NCBI GenBank assembly: GCA_964016885.1
Contig: OZ024741.1
Coordinates: forward strand, 293,632,001 to 293,696,000
DNA length: 64,000 nucleotides
Direction of reading: 5' to 3'
DNA from: Eledone cirrhosa
Taxonomy: Eukaryota
Position numbers and translations under genes: made by a program. The notes under the pieces were generated by a model that was given only the letters and a program-made list of their open reading frames with translations, searched no databases and was not told where the DNA came from. Positions 26,937 to 41,460 of the stretch are shown in pieces (the stretch's first letter is position 1; each line of letters starts with the position of its first letter).

Positions 26937-28529
26937 TTGTCATCATCATTATTATTGTTGTTATATCCCGCCGAGGTTAACTTTGCCTTTCATCCTTACG
27001 GGTCGATAAAATAAAGTACCAGTAATACACTGGGTATTTGCTGGCCTTGTGCCAAAAGTAGAAACAATTATTATTGTTGTTATATTATAGTTACGCCCCT
27101 TCATGTTCTGACTTCAAAATCCTTCTGAAGTTAGCTTTGCATTTTATCCTTAGAGGCTCGATAAAATAAAGTACCAGTAATGCACGGGGATCAATTTCAT
27201 CGATCTTGCCCTTCCCCAAAATTGTTGGCCTTGTGCCTAAATCAGAAACCATTATTATTACTGTTATTATGATTTTTGGCTGGAAGTCTTGTTTTATGAT
27301 TTAATTGCTAATGGTGTTTTCTGTCTGTGTCACTTTGTGTGAATATACAGCTGTGTACATAATACATTTAAAAAAGTACAGTTTTCTGTTGATATTTTTG
27401 TTGTTTAGCTTCAGGTTAATTGAGAAGGCGTTTGGCCTGATAGTTAGGATGCTTGACATACAATAGTAATGTTATCAGTTTGATCCCTGTGTTGTGTTCT
27501 TGAGCAAGACACTTTATTTCACATTGCCCCAGCAGTAGTCACTTAGTGCCAAATAAACCGGGGATAAGTACCAGCCATTGAATCTTCAGATTAGAACAGG
27601 CTTCAACATCATATAACAAAATAAAAGACCTATAATTTAAGGTGTTCTAACTTCATCTGTTACATCTAATCTGTTTTTGGTATTCATTAAAACTTCATTA
27701 GAGTCATTCCATTTTAGGATGGTGGGAATGTGCAACACTTCTGTTCTCAAAGTAAACAATGAGCTTCACCTTGATTTTCTATGTACTTCATGTGCTTTTT
27801 TGGGGCCTTAATGACATCGGTTGCTTACACTGTGATAACTGAGCTTAGGTGTCTGGATCATACACATACACCCACATCGCATCTCTACTTATCATGGTGT
27901 TCAGGAACACATGATCCTTGTTGGCAGTTTTCTTCTTCTTCTTGGGAAGGTCATGGGGGCTGTCAGGAAACACTCCTTCCAGCAGGTCCTGTCATAAGCA
28001 ACTATCTCTAATTGATCAAGCTGGATTCCCAAGTGAGATAAGCCAAACTCATAGAGGTTATTCAACCATCTTGCTTATGGTCTACCCCTGGGTCTCCTGC
28101 TGGTTCATTTTGCCTGTAATATCTATCTGTAATATCGGAGATTTAGCAAATCTTTTGTTGCCAGCATTAGGCAAATTGAAAATGTGATGAGTAAGTAGTA
28201 TAGTATCTCACACTCTAGCTGCTTGACAATGACTGATACATCCACTGAACTTGCCAAAAACCATTTAAATGCATGTATGCGGCTTCACTCTGCACAATTT
28301 TGTCTCTCCATTGTAATTACTTTCCACAGAAGAAATGAAGTCATATCATTTTTTACAGACCTTGTATATATATTTATGCATGTAGACATCATTATCATAC
28401 TTTTAGTGTCTGCTTTCCCTGCTAGAAAGTGTTGGATGAGTCTACATAGACCAAGTTAGTACTGAAGTGAGGCTACTGATCTCCCAGGCAGGCCAGGGTT
28501 TTGCATCTGGCTTATGTACAGCCTCATGC

Positions 28530-28582
<53 letters not shown>

Positions 28583-28619
28583 TAATAATAATAATAATAG
28601 TAATAATAATAAAATTGAA

Positions 28620-29059
28620 GACTAAAATCCAAAGAGGGCTCGATAAGGAAAATATATATCAAATATATAAGAACTGTAGAGCAAATATTTGCGTGCTATT
28701 GTTCTCCACGCTCCACATATGACTTATTATCTTCGTTTTTTCGTTCATTGCCAGAGAACGTCTCTATGCACCACCTAAGAGAACATTAGTCTACGACCTC
28801 TTTTAGACCATAAACGTGGTTTTGTCTTTGCGCGTAATTGTTTTTCACCGCTCCTATTAATGACGTATAATTCGTTTTTTCCCGTTCTTTGCCAGCGAAC
28901 GTTACCACGAACCAAAGTATCGTCTTCCTGTCTTCCTCCGCTTGCAACGTTTTTTGAAATATCCAGTTCTGCGTTTACAGATTGACTTTGTTAGTTTCAG
29001 AAGATCCCGTTAAGGGTGAAAGCAGCGATTCTTTGCTTAAACTTTAATCTGTTATTTTA

Positions 29060-29065
<6 letters not shown>
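28620..29065 (+). mobile_element. Probable Penelope-like terminal repeat with hammerhead-like motif at 28993-29043
   Basis: CpG-rich island between microsatellites; agttt-CAGAAGA-tccc.ggg-t-GAAAgca...tgcTT-aaact, then aataaa and (TA)n. Confidence 0.5.
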
Positions 29066-29145
<80 letters not shown>

Positions 29146-30213
29146 ATATATATTCATGTACACACACACACACACACACATGAGTATTAATCAATGTTAA
29201 TTGATGTATGAATTTTCTAATAGAGTTCTTAGATGCATCGTTAATCGCAATAGTGAACAGAACTGTTCTCAACAGAATCTTCATAAATTAATATTTGCCT
29301 TTAATAACCGTTGACAACTATTATCTTTGTATTTTCTACACTTTCACTCTCTTGTTTGGCAATATAACTCTTTGATGTTGCCAACATCAAAGGCTTGGTG
29401 ATGTACTAAAATGGTTTTAACACTTGTGTTTAGCGTGTATAACTGTGTGTGATTTCAGAGATTCTGAAGGTTTTTGCGAAAATATATTGAACTGCATAAA
29501 TGTTGTGCTGGTCATTGGAAAATGTTCAATCAATTTATAACCCTATGATAAATTATTTCGATTCTCCTATTTAATGCTCGATTTGGTTTATGCGTGTCAA
29601 ATCCATTGAAAGTCTTCAACACAAATGGACAGACACACACACACAAATAGAGAGAGAGAGACACACACACATTAATTTATGTATACACATACATATTAAC
29701 AACTACTTATATATTAACATGCGTATAGAGTAAGATATAATTTATACATACATAACAATGCAGACATGCACTAATACATATTCCAATACATATATATACT
29801 AATACAAACACACACAAGTATCACACCTTGTCTGTTGTATGAAATATTACCTTGTTAACGACCATTATCTGAAAACTATTTTCTGCTTAATTAGCTATGC
29901 TAATCACTTCCCTAATTAGATAAGTTAATGAATTCATAAAACTCTGCTACCTTCTGTAGTATTAAGTGGATGAGAAAATAAGTTCCCCCAGAAAAGGACA
30001 CTGGTTTGATATAGGACATTACTATATAATATTTGACATCGATGGAGGTTTGATTGCAATGATGTATGTCAATGTAAAAGTCATCATGTTCATGAATTTG
30101 TTAGGCTGCAATATATATTATTTATGCTGGATATAAACAAACATGACTACTTGCTGTAAATGATGTTGGTATGAAAACAAAGAAAAAAACATAAACACTC
30201 CCTGCACTCACTC

Positions 30214-30259
<46 letters not shown>

Positions 30260-30799
30260 AGGATTAGAATTATATATATATATTGGACGTAAAATGAAAT
30301 GAAATGATGATGATACACACTTTTAATGTCAACCACCACCTTACACAATGCACCAAGAGTGTTTTATTATGGTACCAGTCCTAGGGAAATAATCATGTTC
30401 TTCACAGAAGTGCCCTTCTAACCCTTTTCTTGGCATGTTATTCTCTAACAACTAACTCAACCCATGCCAGCAGGAAGAAGGAGATATAATATATGTTGAA
30501 TTAGATGTTTTGATGCTCACAACATTAAATATGTTCTCTTCTATTTCACTGAACCTTCTATTAGACATTCAGCTTCTAATTACTCTGATTAATAACTTTA
30601 CATTCAGAATGTATATTTGTATACTTATATTATATGTTGATTGTTTTGATCTCTTTGATCTTCAACAGGTGTCTTAATTGACCAATATCACACGTTTGTT
30701 TTATTTTTTCAAAAATTTGATTTACACTAAGAACTTGTATTTCTAAATGAAGAGTAATAATTGTTTTACATGCTAAACCAGTAACTAATTGTTTCTAAG

Positions 30800-31200
30800 T
30801 AATTGTAGGCACAAGGCCAACAATTTGGGGAGGTGGAAAGTCAATTAAATCAACGCCCATTGTGTTATTGGTACTTTATTTTATCAGCCGTGTAAGGATA
30901 GAAGGCAAAGTTAACATTGGCAGGATTTGAAATCACAACATAAAGGGCCGTAACTCTATGCTTTACAGCATAGTGTCCAATGTTCTGCCAATCCACTGCC
31001 TGAACAGTAAATAATTGTTTCTACATTAGGCACAAGGCCAGCAATTACCCAGTGCATTACTGGTACTTTATTTTATCAACCCCGTAAGGATGAAAGGCAA
31101 AGTCAACCTCGGCGGGATTTGAACTCAGATCATAAAGGGACGTAACTATGCTGGAAAGCATGGCGTCCGACCTTCTACCGATACTGCCAATCCACCGCCT
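30800..31200 (-). mobile_element. Two tandem SINE B copies; a third at 31519-31705
   Basis: Shared flank tgaacagtaaataat duplicated at ~31001 and ~31200. Confidence 0.85.
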
Positions 31201-33730
31201 GAACAGTAAATAATGACATTAACATGTTGAACCTGCTGGCCTGGTACTTTGGTCTCATTTGTCTCAACAACAATGTTTATCTACATCCTACCAGCCTATA
31301 TTCCATCCTACAACACACTTTTGTCTACTAATGTTATTTACTCTGCTTTCTCCACCAATCAGTGATTCTTTTATATAATTACTTTTATCTCTTTTCTTTA
31401 GTAAGACTGTGATTTGATTTTTCTGTAGTTCATGCATACTTTATCTTTTATCCTGGTTTAATTGATGATTATCTTTGTCAGATATTTGTGTGCAGACACT
31501 CAAGGTTGTCAGCAGCATATAATTGTTTCTACTTTTGGCACAAGGCCAGCAATTACTCAATGCATTACTGGTACTTTATTTTATCGACCCCGTAAGGATG
31601 AAAGGCAAAGTCAACCTCAGCGGGATTTGAACTCAGATCGTTAAGGGATGTAACTATGCTGGAAAGCATGGCATCCGACCCTCTACCGATACTGCCAATC
31701 CACCATATAATGCAGTGAGGTCAGGGTTAAAAGAGGTAATAGGCTTTGTTTGACAATAAAGGTTGCTAATTTGAAAACTAATCTGAGACAAATCTGCATA
31801 TTTGAGAGGTTAGGTACAGGCATGGCCTGCAATATACAAAACCTCACAATATCATGAAAGACCATTGACATTATATATGAATATTTGAGCAGTATCTCAT
31901 AGAAACAAAACACATTACTAAAGGGAAAAGAAAATGAAATGGGAAACAGAAAGAAGTGGTGAAAGAAAGGAGGGGGCAGGGACAGTCACTATATTCCAGT
32001 CTGAGCAGTGCCTCAACCCAACCCCACGAACAAAACAGCAAAAATGTTACCATGGAGAATGGCTTGTGACACCCACTGCAACAGCCACACCACCTCACAA
32101 GGCTCCCTTCTGAAGTGGGCCACTGTCTTTCGATTTTACAGAAGAAATCTGCAGTGCAGGAACCAAGAACACCAGAAGACTTGACGGAGATCAGTTCTAA
32201 ATGGAAACAGTCGATCAGGCCCTGGTGTTTGACTATCTTTCTCTACTCCGAATTATGGACAGCAGATCCCTGCTTTGTGGCCAAAACAACAAGCCTGGAA
32301 GTGGAAAATGAGTTGCTGCATGTTGCATGTGTAGTTAAAATGTTTGCTTTACAACTACATGGATTTGGTTTCAGTTCAACTGCATGGCACCTTGAGCAAG
32401 TGTCTTCTATCATAGCCTTCATTTGACCAAAACTTTATGAGTGAAATTTGATAGACAGTAATTGTGCCAGATCTGTGTGTGTACATGTACTCTGCTTAAA
32501 TGGTGCTGTTTGTTTGTGTCCTGTAATGTAGCAGTTCAACAAACAGATCAATGGAATAAGTACCAGACTTAATAAATACTGGGTGTGATATGAATCACTA
32601 AACCCTTCAAGTCGGTGTCCCAACATGGCCACAGTTCATTGACTATAACCAGTTAAAGAATAAAAGAATATACATGATGACAAGGAGACTAAATACCTTT
32701 AATTTGAAAAGAAAAGTTCTAAGCTAATCTAGAATAGATACACATATTTAGAAATAAAATATTTGACAATGTTCCCAGATCATATGACAGAAAATGTAAA
32801 CATCATCATCATTTAACGTCAATTTTCCATGCTTGCATGGGTTAGATGGGTTATCACATTATGAGACAAGTCAGACTAGGAGACCACATCATGCTCATAT
32901 GGATCAATATTTTGGCTTCGTTTCTATAGCTGGATGCATTTCCTAATGCCAACTGCATCATAATGCAAAAATATATGATAAATATGTGAAGGTGCATGGC
33001 TTGGTAGTTAGGTTCTTTTGTTCACAATTATAAACCCATGAGTTTGATTTATGGCAGCACACTGTATCCTTGAGCAATATACTTTATTTCAATCTGGAAA
33101 AAACGAGTTATACCTGTAATGCAAAGGGCCAGTCTTGTCACAGTGTTTTGAACTTAGAATATCAAAACGTGTGTGTATATGAATGTGGTGGTTTGGTTAC
33201 GTAGGGACAGTGGAAATAAAAGCAGAAGAGATAGAACTAAATTATTGATAAATCATTTGTTTTGACATGTCTAAACACGTTCTACCACCACCATCATCCT
33301 GCTGCTACTGCTTGCCTTTAGATGATATTATTAATATTAACAACACATTCCTTCACGTAGACGTCACTTTATTATATTCCAGAAAGTTACATTAAAAGTT
33401 AGCATCAAATTTTAACTTTGGTTATATAATTTTATTACATGTTATCATATTTCATTATAAATTTGTCTTTATTTTATTTTATTTTATATAATTTTAGTTG
33501 TTTTATTTTTGTTTTTTTGCATATATATATTTTTTCTCTTATAAATTTATCTATGAATGCACAGTTATAAACTTGGAAATTCATATTGACAAAATAGAGA
33601 TGAGCTGTTGCTATTTGCCAAAAACAAAAAACAAAAAATTATGATGATAATAATGATGGTCAGTATCATGTTTATCAACATTATTATGTCGTTCATGATG
33701 ATTATTAACATAAAATAAAGTACCAGTAAT

Positions 33731-34125
33731 CATCATCATCATTATCATCATCATTTTACGTCCACTTTTCCCTGCTTGCAAGGGTGAGACGGGAACTGAT
33801 TCTGGCTTGATTTCTACAGCTGGATGCCCTTCCTAATACCAACCTCATTTACAGTGAGTGCTGGGTGCTTTTTTGCCGTGGCACCTCCACGACCACTTTA
33901 CAGTGAGTGCTGGGTGCTTTTTTGCCGTGGCACCTCCACGACCACTTTGCAGTGGAATGATATGGACCCCAGTCCCTATCATCTCATTTCTACAGCTGAG
34001 TAAACTGGAGCAATGTGAAATAAAGTGTCTTGCTCAAGGAAACAACACATCACCCGGTCTGAGAATTGAACTCACAACCTTTTGATTGCAAGGCCAATGC
34101 TCTAACCACTAAGCCATGTGCCTCC
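33731..34125 (-). mobile_element. SINE family A (tRNA head, CORE-like domain, RTE tail) inserted into a SINE B
   Basis: A box tggcttagtgg and B box gagttcaattc on -; TSD ccagtaat at 33723 and 34124. Confidence 0.9.
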
Positions 34126-34299
34126 AGTAATGTACTGGGTAATTGCTGGCCTTGTGCCTAAAGTAGAAACAATTATTATAATCATAATCATCATTATGTT
34201 TCTTATGAAATTATTATATTTTTCATCCGTATATTGCCTGCTACATCTAAGACCCTTTTGGGTGATAAAAAAATCATTATTAATTATTTTCAACTTTAT

Positions 34300-34520
34300 T
34301 ATTATCATTGTTATTATTAGTAGTAGTATTAGCAGCAGTAGCAATAGTTGAGGTGTGGGTGGTGATAGTAGTAGTAGTAGTGGTGGTAGTGCTAGTAGTA
34401 GTGGTGGTGATAATAGTAGTACTAATAGTGGTAGTAGTGGTAGTAGTGGTAGTAGTAATACTAGTAGTAGAAGTGTTAGTAGCAATAGTAGTAGTAGAAG
34501 TGTTAGTAGTAGTAGTATAT
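34300..34520. repeat. (AGT/GGT)n microsatellite
   Basis: Direct; comparable tracts at 35650-35830, 48725-49020 and 63540-64000. Confidence 0.9.
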
Positions 34521-37445
34521 GCATTGTTACTGTTATTGTCATTTTGATCTTTCATTGAATCGTAGGCAGGATTTCAGAACTAATAAATTATGACCTCTCG
34601 CTTTTAATTGGGCATTAAAAGTTGACAACATTTTCACAAAGTTAATTCTAATTGAAAAGTACTTAAAGCATCATGGGACTTAAAGTTTCAAAAATGAAAG
34701 AAAAGAAAATCTATAATTTAATTCTTAAAACATTATATTTTCACCTTTCCCATCCTTTTATTTTTATTGTTTTAAATACATTTTTGCTGTCTTTTAGAAG
34801 ACAAATTGCATCTGTTTAAACAAAAAGAAAAAGAAAAACAAACAAATACATATAAATATAGCCAAATTAATTAGTTTTTATTTGAAAATTTAGTTAAAAT
34901 TTGTATGAAATTAAATTCATTAAAATATCAGTTTCTGTGATAATTAAATTATGGGTCTCATATTTTTGTAATTTGTTTTGCTTTTGTTGTTTTTCCCTCT
35001 TTGACAAATATATTTTTCAAGGTTTTTCTCATTGGCTCAGTTGTTGTTGTTTTATGGTGTGTGTGTTGATGGGGAGGAGAGGAAGTTAAGATGTCGATGG
35101 GGTGGGAGTAAAGGTCACTTTAGCTAAACCACTAAACTGAATTTTGGAAACATTCGCGTACATGCACACATAACTCACTCTCTCCCTCTCTCTCTGTTAT
35201 ACACACATGCATTTATATGTATATATATATATACACACACACACATATATATATATATGCATATATTTTTCTTTTCTGTTTGTTGGTTTGTGTGTTGCTG
35301 TGATGGTAGTAATGGCAGTGCTGGTGTTTGGAATGTTATGTTATGAAGTTATAAATCTTAGATGTTCTAATCCTTGCCATGATTCTATCTTGGATATTGT
35401 TTATTAGAAATTGCTTTTTAAAGCTTTTCTTCATCTTAAGACAAAAAAAAAAAAAAACTCTTCTTAAAACAATCTTTGATGCTTCATGTAATTCTATAAT
35501 ATCAGGGATTAATTGATATCTCCTGACTTGAAATGATTACTGGAATCTCCATTTGCAGTTCTCATATTAATGATTTCTGTAACAATCAACACTCTGTGAT
35601 TAATTTACCAGAGATATCCATTGGTTATATCCATTTAAATCAATCCTATTGCCACCACTGCTACTACCAATACTACCACTTCCACCACAGCCACTACTAC
35701 CATCAACATCACTACTATCTCCACTACTGCTACCACCACCACCACCACTGCTGCTACCACCACCACTGCTACCACACTATAACCACTACCACCACAACCA
35801 TCATTACCACCACTACTACCACTACCATCTAATGAATTGGCAGAAGTATTTGAACACCAGATGAAATAGCCTTGTGTTTTGAGATTAAATCCTACTGAGG
35901 GATCATAAGTAAGCAAGTTGTTGGACACCAGCCGATTTGAGCTCCACTTTAACCTCTACATTAATTACCAACTTGGTCTGCCAACAACCTGTCCAACCCT
36001 TGCTAGCAGATGGTAAAGGATTATGATGATGAGGAGGATAACTTTGCCTTTCATTTTTCTCTGGTCATTGAAATAAAATAACAGTGAGAATTGTTAAAGT
36101 AACATAGAAAATCCTTTATCTAATGAGTTAAAATGCCACCTAGGTCAACTTTGCTTTTCATCCATCTGGAGTAGATAAATAAAGCCTTCTCTATTCTGTC
36201 CACTGTGGCCATGGAGTGGCCAGTGTGTGGGCCTCCATTTGCTCATAATAGTGAGAATTGGGGAGAGCACGAGAGGCAGAGACAGTGGGATTTTGGTTCA
36301 TTTTTGTTCGGACCTGGTGTATATGTTTATGTTTAATGAATGCACATTCCCACAGCATTCCTGATACATTCTCTCACTAACCTGATCATGGTTGGCAAAG
36401 ATATCAGAAATCTTCAGAAAATTCTTACATGTGTTATCTCTCTTTGATTGTTTTATCACTAAAGTTTATAATATGAAATATTTCACATATTTAAAAAATA
36501 TTTTACCCCAATCCCTTGTCATCTTATTTAAAAACCTGGAGCAATGAACTGGCAAGATCGTTAAAGTGTCAGACAAATGTCTTACATATTGCATTTAAAT
36601 CCTGCTGAGGTCAACTTTAACTTTCATCTTTGCAGGTTGATAAATAAATATCCAGACTGGGGTGGTAGGTAGATTAACAGAACTGCTAGAATGTCAAAGG
36701 GGAGAGATTTTTGTTCTGAGTCCATATCGTGTCATGTTGTATATGGGTTGTAGATTTATTCTGCTGCCTGCCGTTAGCAGAATCCACTTTGTTGCAAGTG
36801 TTCTTTTTGGAGAATTTCTTAGTCCATCTGTTCCACCAGTCCTGGAGGTCCAAATAAAGAACACAGGCACAGCTCTTCCTACCTAACTAACAGATAATAA
36901 CCCTAATTATATATTGGTTTCTGATCTAGTCACAAGGCAAACAATTTTTGGAGTGAGGGAAAAGTCAATTAAATCGACCCCAGTGCATTAATGTTGCTTT
37001 ATTTTATCAGCAACCCCTCAGCACTCTACCAATACTGTCAATCTACACTAATATATTACTATTACTGCTTCATATGCTATTAATGCTGAAGGAATTAATT
37101 TAGCAACATATTTGAAGTTATTACACAGTTGCAAAACTATTTCAAATTATTATCCAGTTACTAACTTATTCAGAATATTACACAGTTGCCAACATAAATC
37201 ATATTCACTTTGCAGTTAGCAATGCATTTATTTTTTCAGAGTTTTAATTTCTATTTTCATTTAGCAGTCAATAACAAGGCTATTTTCCTTTCAATAAACA
37301 TCTTTTACCATCTCTCAATGTACATAATTCCATTTCTGGATTTCTATTTACTAATGTTGTCATTTTTGTTGTATTTCTGTCAACATATTTCCTTTTTTCT
37401 GTAATGTGTACGAGTTCCTCATGCAGACAACTTACCGTGGATATC

Positions 37446-37484
<39 letters not shown>

Positions 37485-37605
37485 GTGCGTGTGTATATAT
37501 TTGTGTATGCATATGTATGTATATATTTGTGTATATAATGTATGTATATATTTGTATATATATGTACGTTTGTATGCATAAGTATGTATGCATGTATCAT
37601 GTATG

Positions 37606-37650
<45 letters not shown>

Positions 37651-37779
37651 ATGTATGTGTATGTATGTATGTATGTATATGTATGTATGTATATATATGT
37701 AAGTATATGTATGTATATATATGTATGTGTATGTATGTATATATATGTATGTATATGTATGTATATATATGTATATATA

Positions 37780-38136
37780 GACCTTACCCAATTACACCTC
37801 TCAAAGACAATGACACACGACCGTGACTTCTGGCGTCACGCAGTAATACAGAGTACCCGACCTCCCATGGGTACATGCTGAAGCATATAAACAATATGCC
37901 CCCACACTGTAAAGTGGACGTGTAGGCGCCACGAAAAAGCACCCAGCAATCACTGTAAATGAGGTTGGTGTTAGGAAGGGCATCCAGCTGTAGAAATCAA
38001 GCCAGATCAGTTCCTGTATGAGCAAGGCATGGTCAGCCGACCAGACACTGCACACAACAGGACAACCCGTCTAACCCATGCTAGCGTGGAAGAACGGACG
38101 TAAAACTGTGATGATGATGATGATGATGATGATGAT
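37780..38136 (+). mobile_element. RTE 3' fragment (ORF end + UTR)
   Basis: [19 protein letters not shown] matches the RTE C-terminus; (GAT)n tail. Confidence 0.85.
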
Positions 38137-38145
38137 ATATATATA

Positions 38146-38541
38146 TCATCATCATCATCATCATCATCATTTTACGTCCGCTTTTTCCTGCTTGCAAGGG
38201 TGGGACGGGAACTGATTCTGGCTTGATTTCTACAGCTGGATGCCCTTCCTAACACCAACCTCCTTTACAGTGAGTGCTGGGTGCTTTTTTTCCGTGGCGC
38301 CTACACGTCCACTTTACAGTGTGGGCTGGGTGCTTTTTTGCTGTGGCACCTCCACGACCACTTTGCAGTGGAATGATATGGACCCCAGTCCCTATCATCT
38401 CATTTCTACAGCTGAGTAAACTGGAGCAATGTGAAATAAAGTCTCTTGCTCAAGGAAACAACACATCACCCGGTCTGAGAATTGAACTCACAACCTTTCG
38501 ATTGCAATGCCAATGCTCTAACCATTAAGCCATGTGCCTCC
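38146..38541 (-). mobile_element. SINE family A, full length
   Basis: Near-identical to 33731-34125 and 53362-53707. Confidence 0.9.
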
Positions 38542-38582
38542 ATATATACATATATGTATATATGTATATATGTATCCATATA

Positions 38583-39745
38583 TTGAAGGTGGCAGATGAA
38601 GTCTGTGGCTGGATCAGGTCTATAGTCAGGAAGAGAGTAACGTGGTGGTAGAACAGTAAGGTGGAGGAGTCAAACAGGCTTGGAAAGTATGGCGGGATGG
38701 GGGAAGTAGAGAAGACTATCAAGTGGCCAGGAGAATAAATGGGAGAAAGACAGTCTCCCCCACATCGATCCAATAGAGGGACCAGCAGTGCTAGTTGACG
38801 GTAGTATAATAAGTAAGGCAATCAAAGATATGAAGACGGATAAGGTGGCTGGGCCTTCGGAAATAGTTGCTGAAATGCAAAGTATGGGTGCATAAAAGAT
38901 GTAGTGGGATCACAGGTAAGCTAACTAAGAATATAGATTTTATATGTGGCCGGTGCTCTGGTGCAATAAGTAGCAGCAAGTGCCCACAGAATACTAGCTC
39001 ATTCCATTGCACAGATGGTTCTATAGACAAAATCAGCAGTGGGGGAGGGTGCTCTGAAAGTACAGTAGCTAGAGTCAGAACTGGATGGAAAAAGTTCAGA
39101 GAGCTTATACCACTATTAGCCGCTAAAGGGTTCTCCCTAAAAATGAAAGGCTTGCTGTATGATGCCTGCATACGAACAGCAATGTTACATGGCAGTGAGA
39201 CCTGGGCATTGTGTGCAGAGGATATACGCAGACTGGAGAGGAACGAAGCTTGCATGCTCCGCTGGATGTATAATAGTAATATACGTGAACGGCAAAGCAT
39301 AAACGAACTAAGGGAGAAATTAGGAATAAGAGGGATCAGATGTTGTTTACTCGAGAGAAGACTATGTTGGTATGGTCACTTGATGCGCATGAAAGACGAC
39401 AGCTGTATAAAAAAGTACAGGGCAAAAAAAATAGACGGTAGCCACGGAGTAGGCAGACCCAGAAAAACCTGGGATGACTTGATAAATTCCGACCTCACAC
39501 ACTTACACCTCTCCAAGACAATGTCACTGGACTGAGATCTTTGGCGCTACACAGTAATACAGAAGACCCGCCTTGCCTAAGTACAAAGCGAAACCTACAG
39601 TCAGTAGGCACCTCTAACCAAAATACACTACCTCCACCCCATCCAAACCACCCCATTCAATGTGAAGTTATGTTGGTACCACAACATCCAGTCCGAAACA
39701 AATGAGGTCGTGTAGGTGTCACGACAAAAAAACACACACATACAT
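38583..39745 (+). pseudogene. Internally deleted RTE LINE lacking the RT core
   Basis: Linker peptides (..IEGPAVLVD..ISKAIKDMK..AGPSEIVAEM) joined directly to KCKVWVHKRC; ORF 38867-39535 matches 58790-59530. Confidence 0.9.
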
Positions 39746-39934
39746 TAAATAATTGTTTCTACTTTTGGCACAAAGCCAGCAATTATCCCAGTGCATTTCT
39801 GGTAATTTATTTTATCGACCCTGTAAGGATGAAAGGCAAAGTTAACCTTGGCAGGATTTGAACTCAGACCATAATGGGACGTAACTCTATGCTGCAAAGC
39901 ATGGCATCCAACTCTCTACTGATACTGAACAACT

Positions 39935-41460
39935 ATAGTGAAGAATTTAGCATGCATGAGGAGTCCATCAGGGATCCATTTTTAGCCCTTACCTGTTTAT
40001 CATCATCCTGTAGTTTATAATAGAGTTTAAAACTGACTGCCCATGGGAACTTCTGTATGCAGATGATTTACCCCTTACAGCTGATTCTATGGCAAAACTA
40101 GAGAAGAAATTCTCAATGTGGAATCAAGGCCTAGAATCTAAAGGTCTTAAAGTCAATTTGGAAGTACCAAATAGAAAGGAAAACAGGGTCCATATTCCCT
40201 CAGAGAAATCGCCTTGGTCAGTGTGCAGGAGAGGAATAGGCTAGCAAAGAACACTGGTTTTATATGTGGTCATTGCACAGGTGTAGTAAGTAGCAAAAGC
40301 CCACAGGATACTAGCTCCTTTAAATGCCCAGAGGGCTCAGTAGAAGAAGCTGATAGTTTCTGTTACCTGGGTGACCAAATTATCAGTGGAGGTGGTGTTC
40401 TGAAAATACAGTAGCGAGAGTGAGAAAGGGATGGAGACTGTTCAGGGAGACATTACCACTGCTAACTACAAAAGGTTTTTCCCTCAAAATGAAGGGCAGA
40501 TTATATGATGCATGTATAGTGCATGGTGCATGGTAATGAGACCTGAGGAACTGTATTCAGAGGACATGTGAAATTGGAAAGAAATGAAGCTGGCATGCTT
40601 TGATGAATGTGTAATAGTAATATACATGAACAGCAAAGCGTAAATGAACTAAGAGAGGAAGTGGACATAAGATGGATCAGATGCAGTGTGAATGAGGGGT
40701 GAATGTCTTGGTATGGACATATGATGCATATGAAGGTTTACTCAGCTGTAGAAATGGATTGGGGTCCCTATCATTTCACTGCAAAGTGGTCGTGGAGGTG
40801 CCACGGCAAAAAAGCACCCAGCACTCACTGTAAATGAGGTTGGTGTTAGGAAGGGCATCCAGCTGTAGAAATCAAGCCAGAATCAGTTCCTGTCCCACCC
40901 TTGCAAGCAGGGAAAAGCGGACGTAAAATGAAATGATGAAATGAAATGATGAAGGATGACAGCTGTATAAAAAGGTGCAGCATGTTCAAAGTTGATGGAA
41001 GCTATGGATTAGAAAGACATAGGAAGACTTGGCATAAGGTAATAAAAGATGACTTTGACAATTGCACCTCTTGCAGGTGTTGACACAAGATCTCCTGTGT
41101 TATGCATTAATACAGAAGACCTTCCTTGCCATATGATTGAGTTGATGCATACATCTTGTATGCATTACTCTCCCTCTTTTATACACCTCCAACTTCCTAA
41201 CACTCCACCCATGTCATAACACCCCACCCCTCACCCACATCCCTATATCTACCTCTTCAATCTTCATGTACTTCCTCCACACCAGACCCCCCAGGCCATA
41301 TTGTAAAGTGGTCATTTTGGTGCCACGACAAAACGTGCCCAGTCCACATTGTAAAGTGGTCATGTTTGTGTCATAACAAAAAGCACCCAGTCCACTGTGT
41401 AAATGTAGTTGGCATTACAAAGGGCATACAGCCATAGAAACTAAGCCAGAAGCAGTTCTG
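39935..41460 (+). pseudogene. Older degenerate RTE LINE with a SINE A tail inserted at 40737-40948
   Basis: CPWELLYADDL, SFCYLGD and LERNEA with stops and frameshifts; insertion flanked by TSD atgaagg. Confidence 0.85.
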
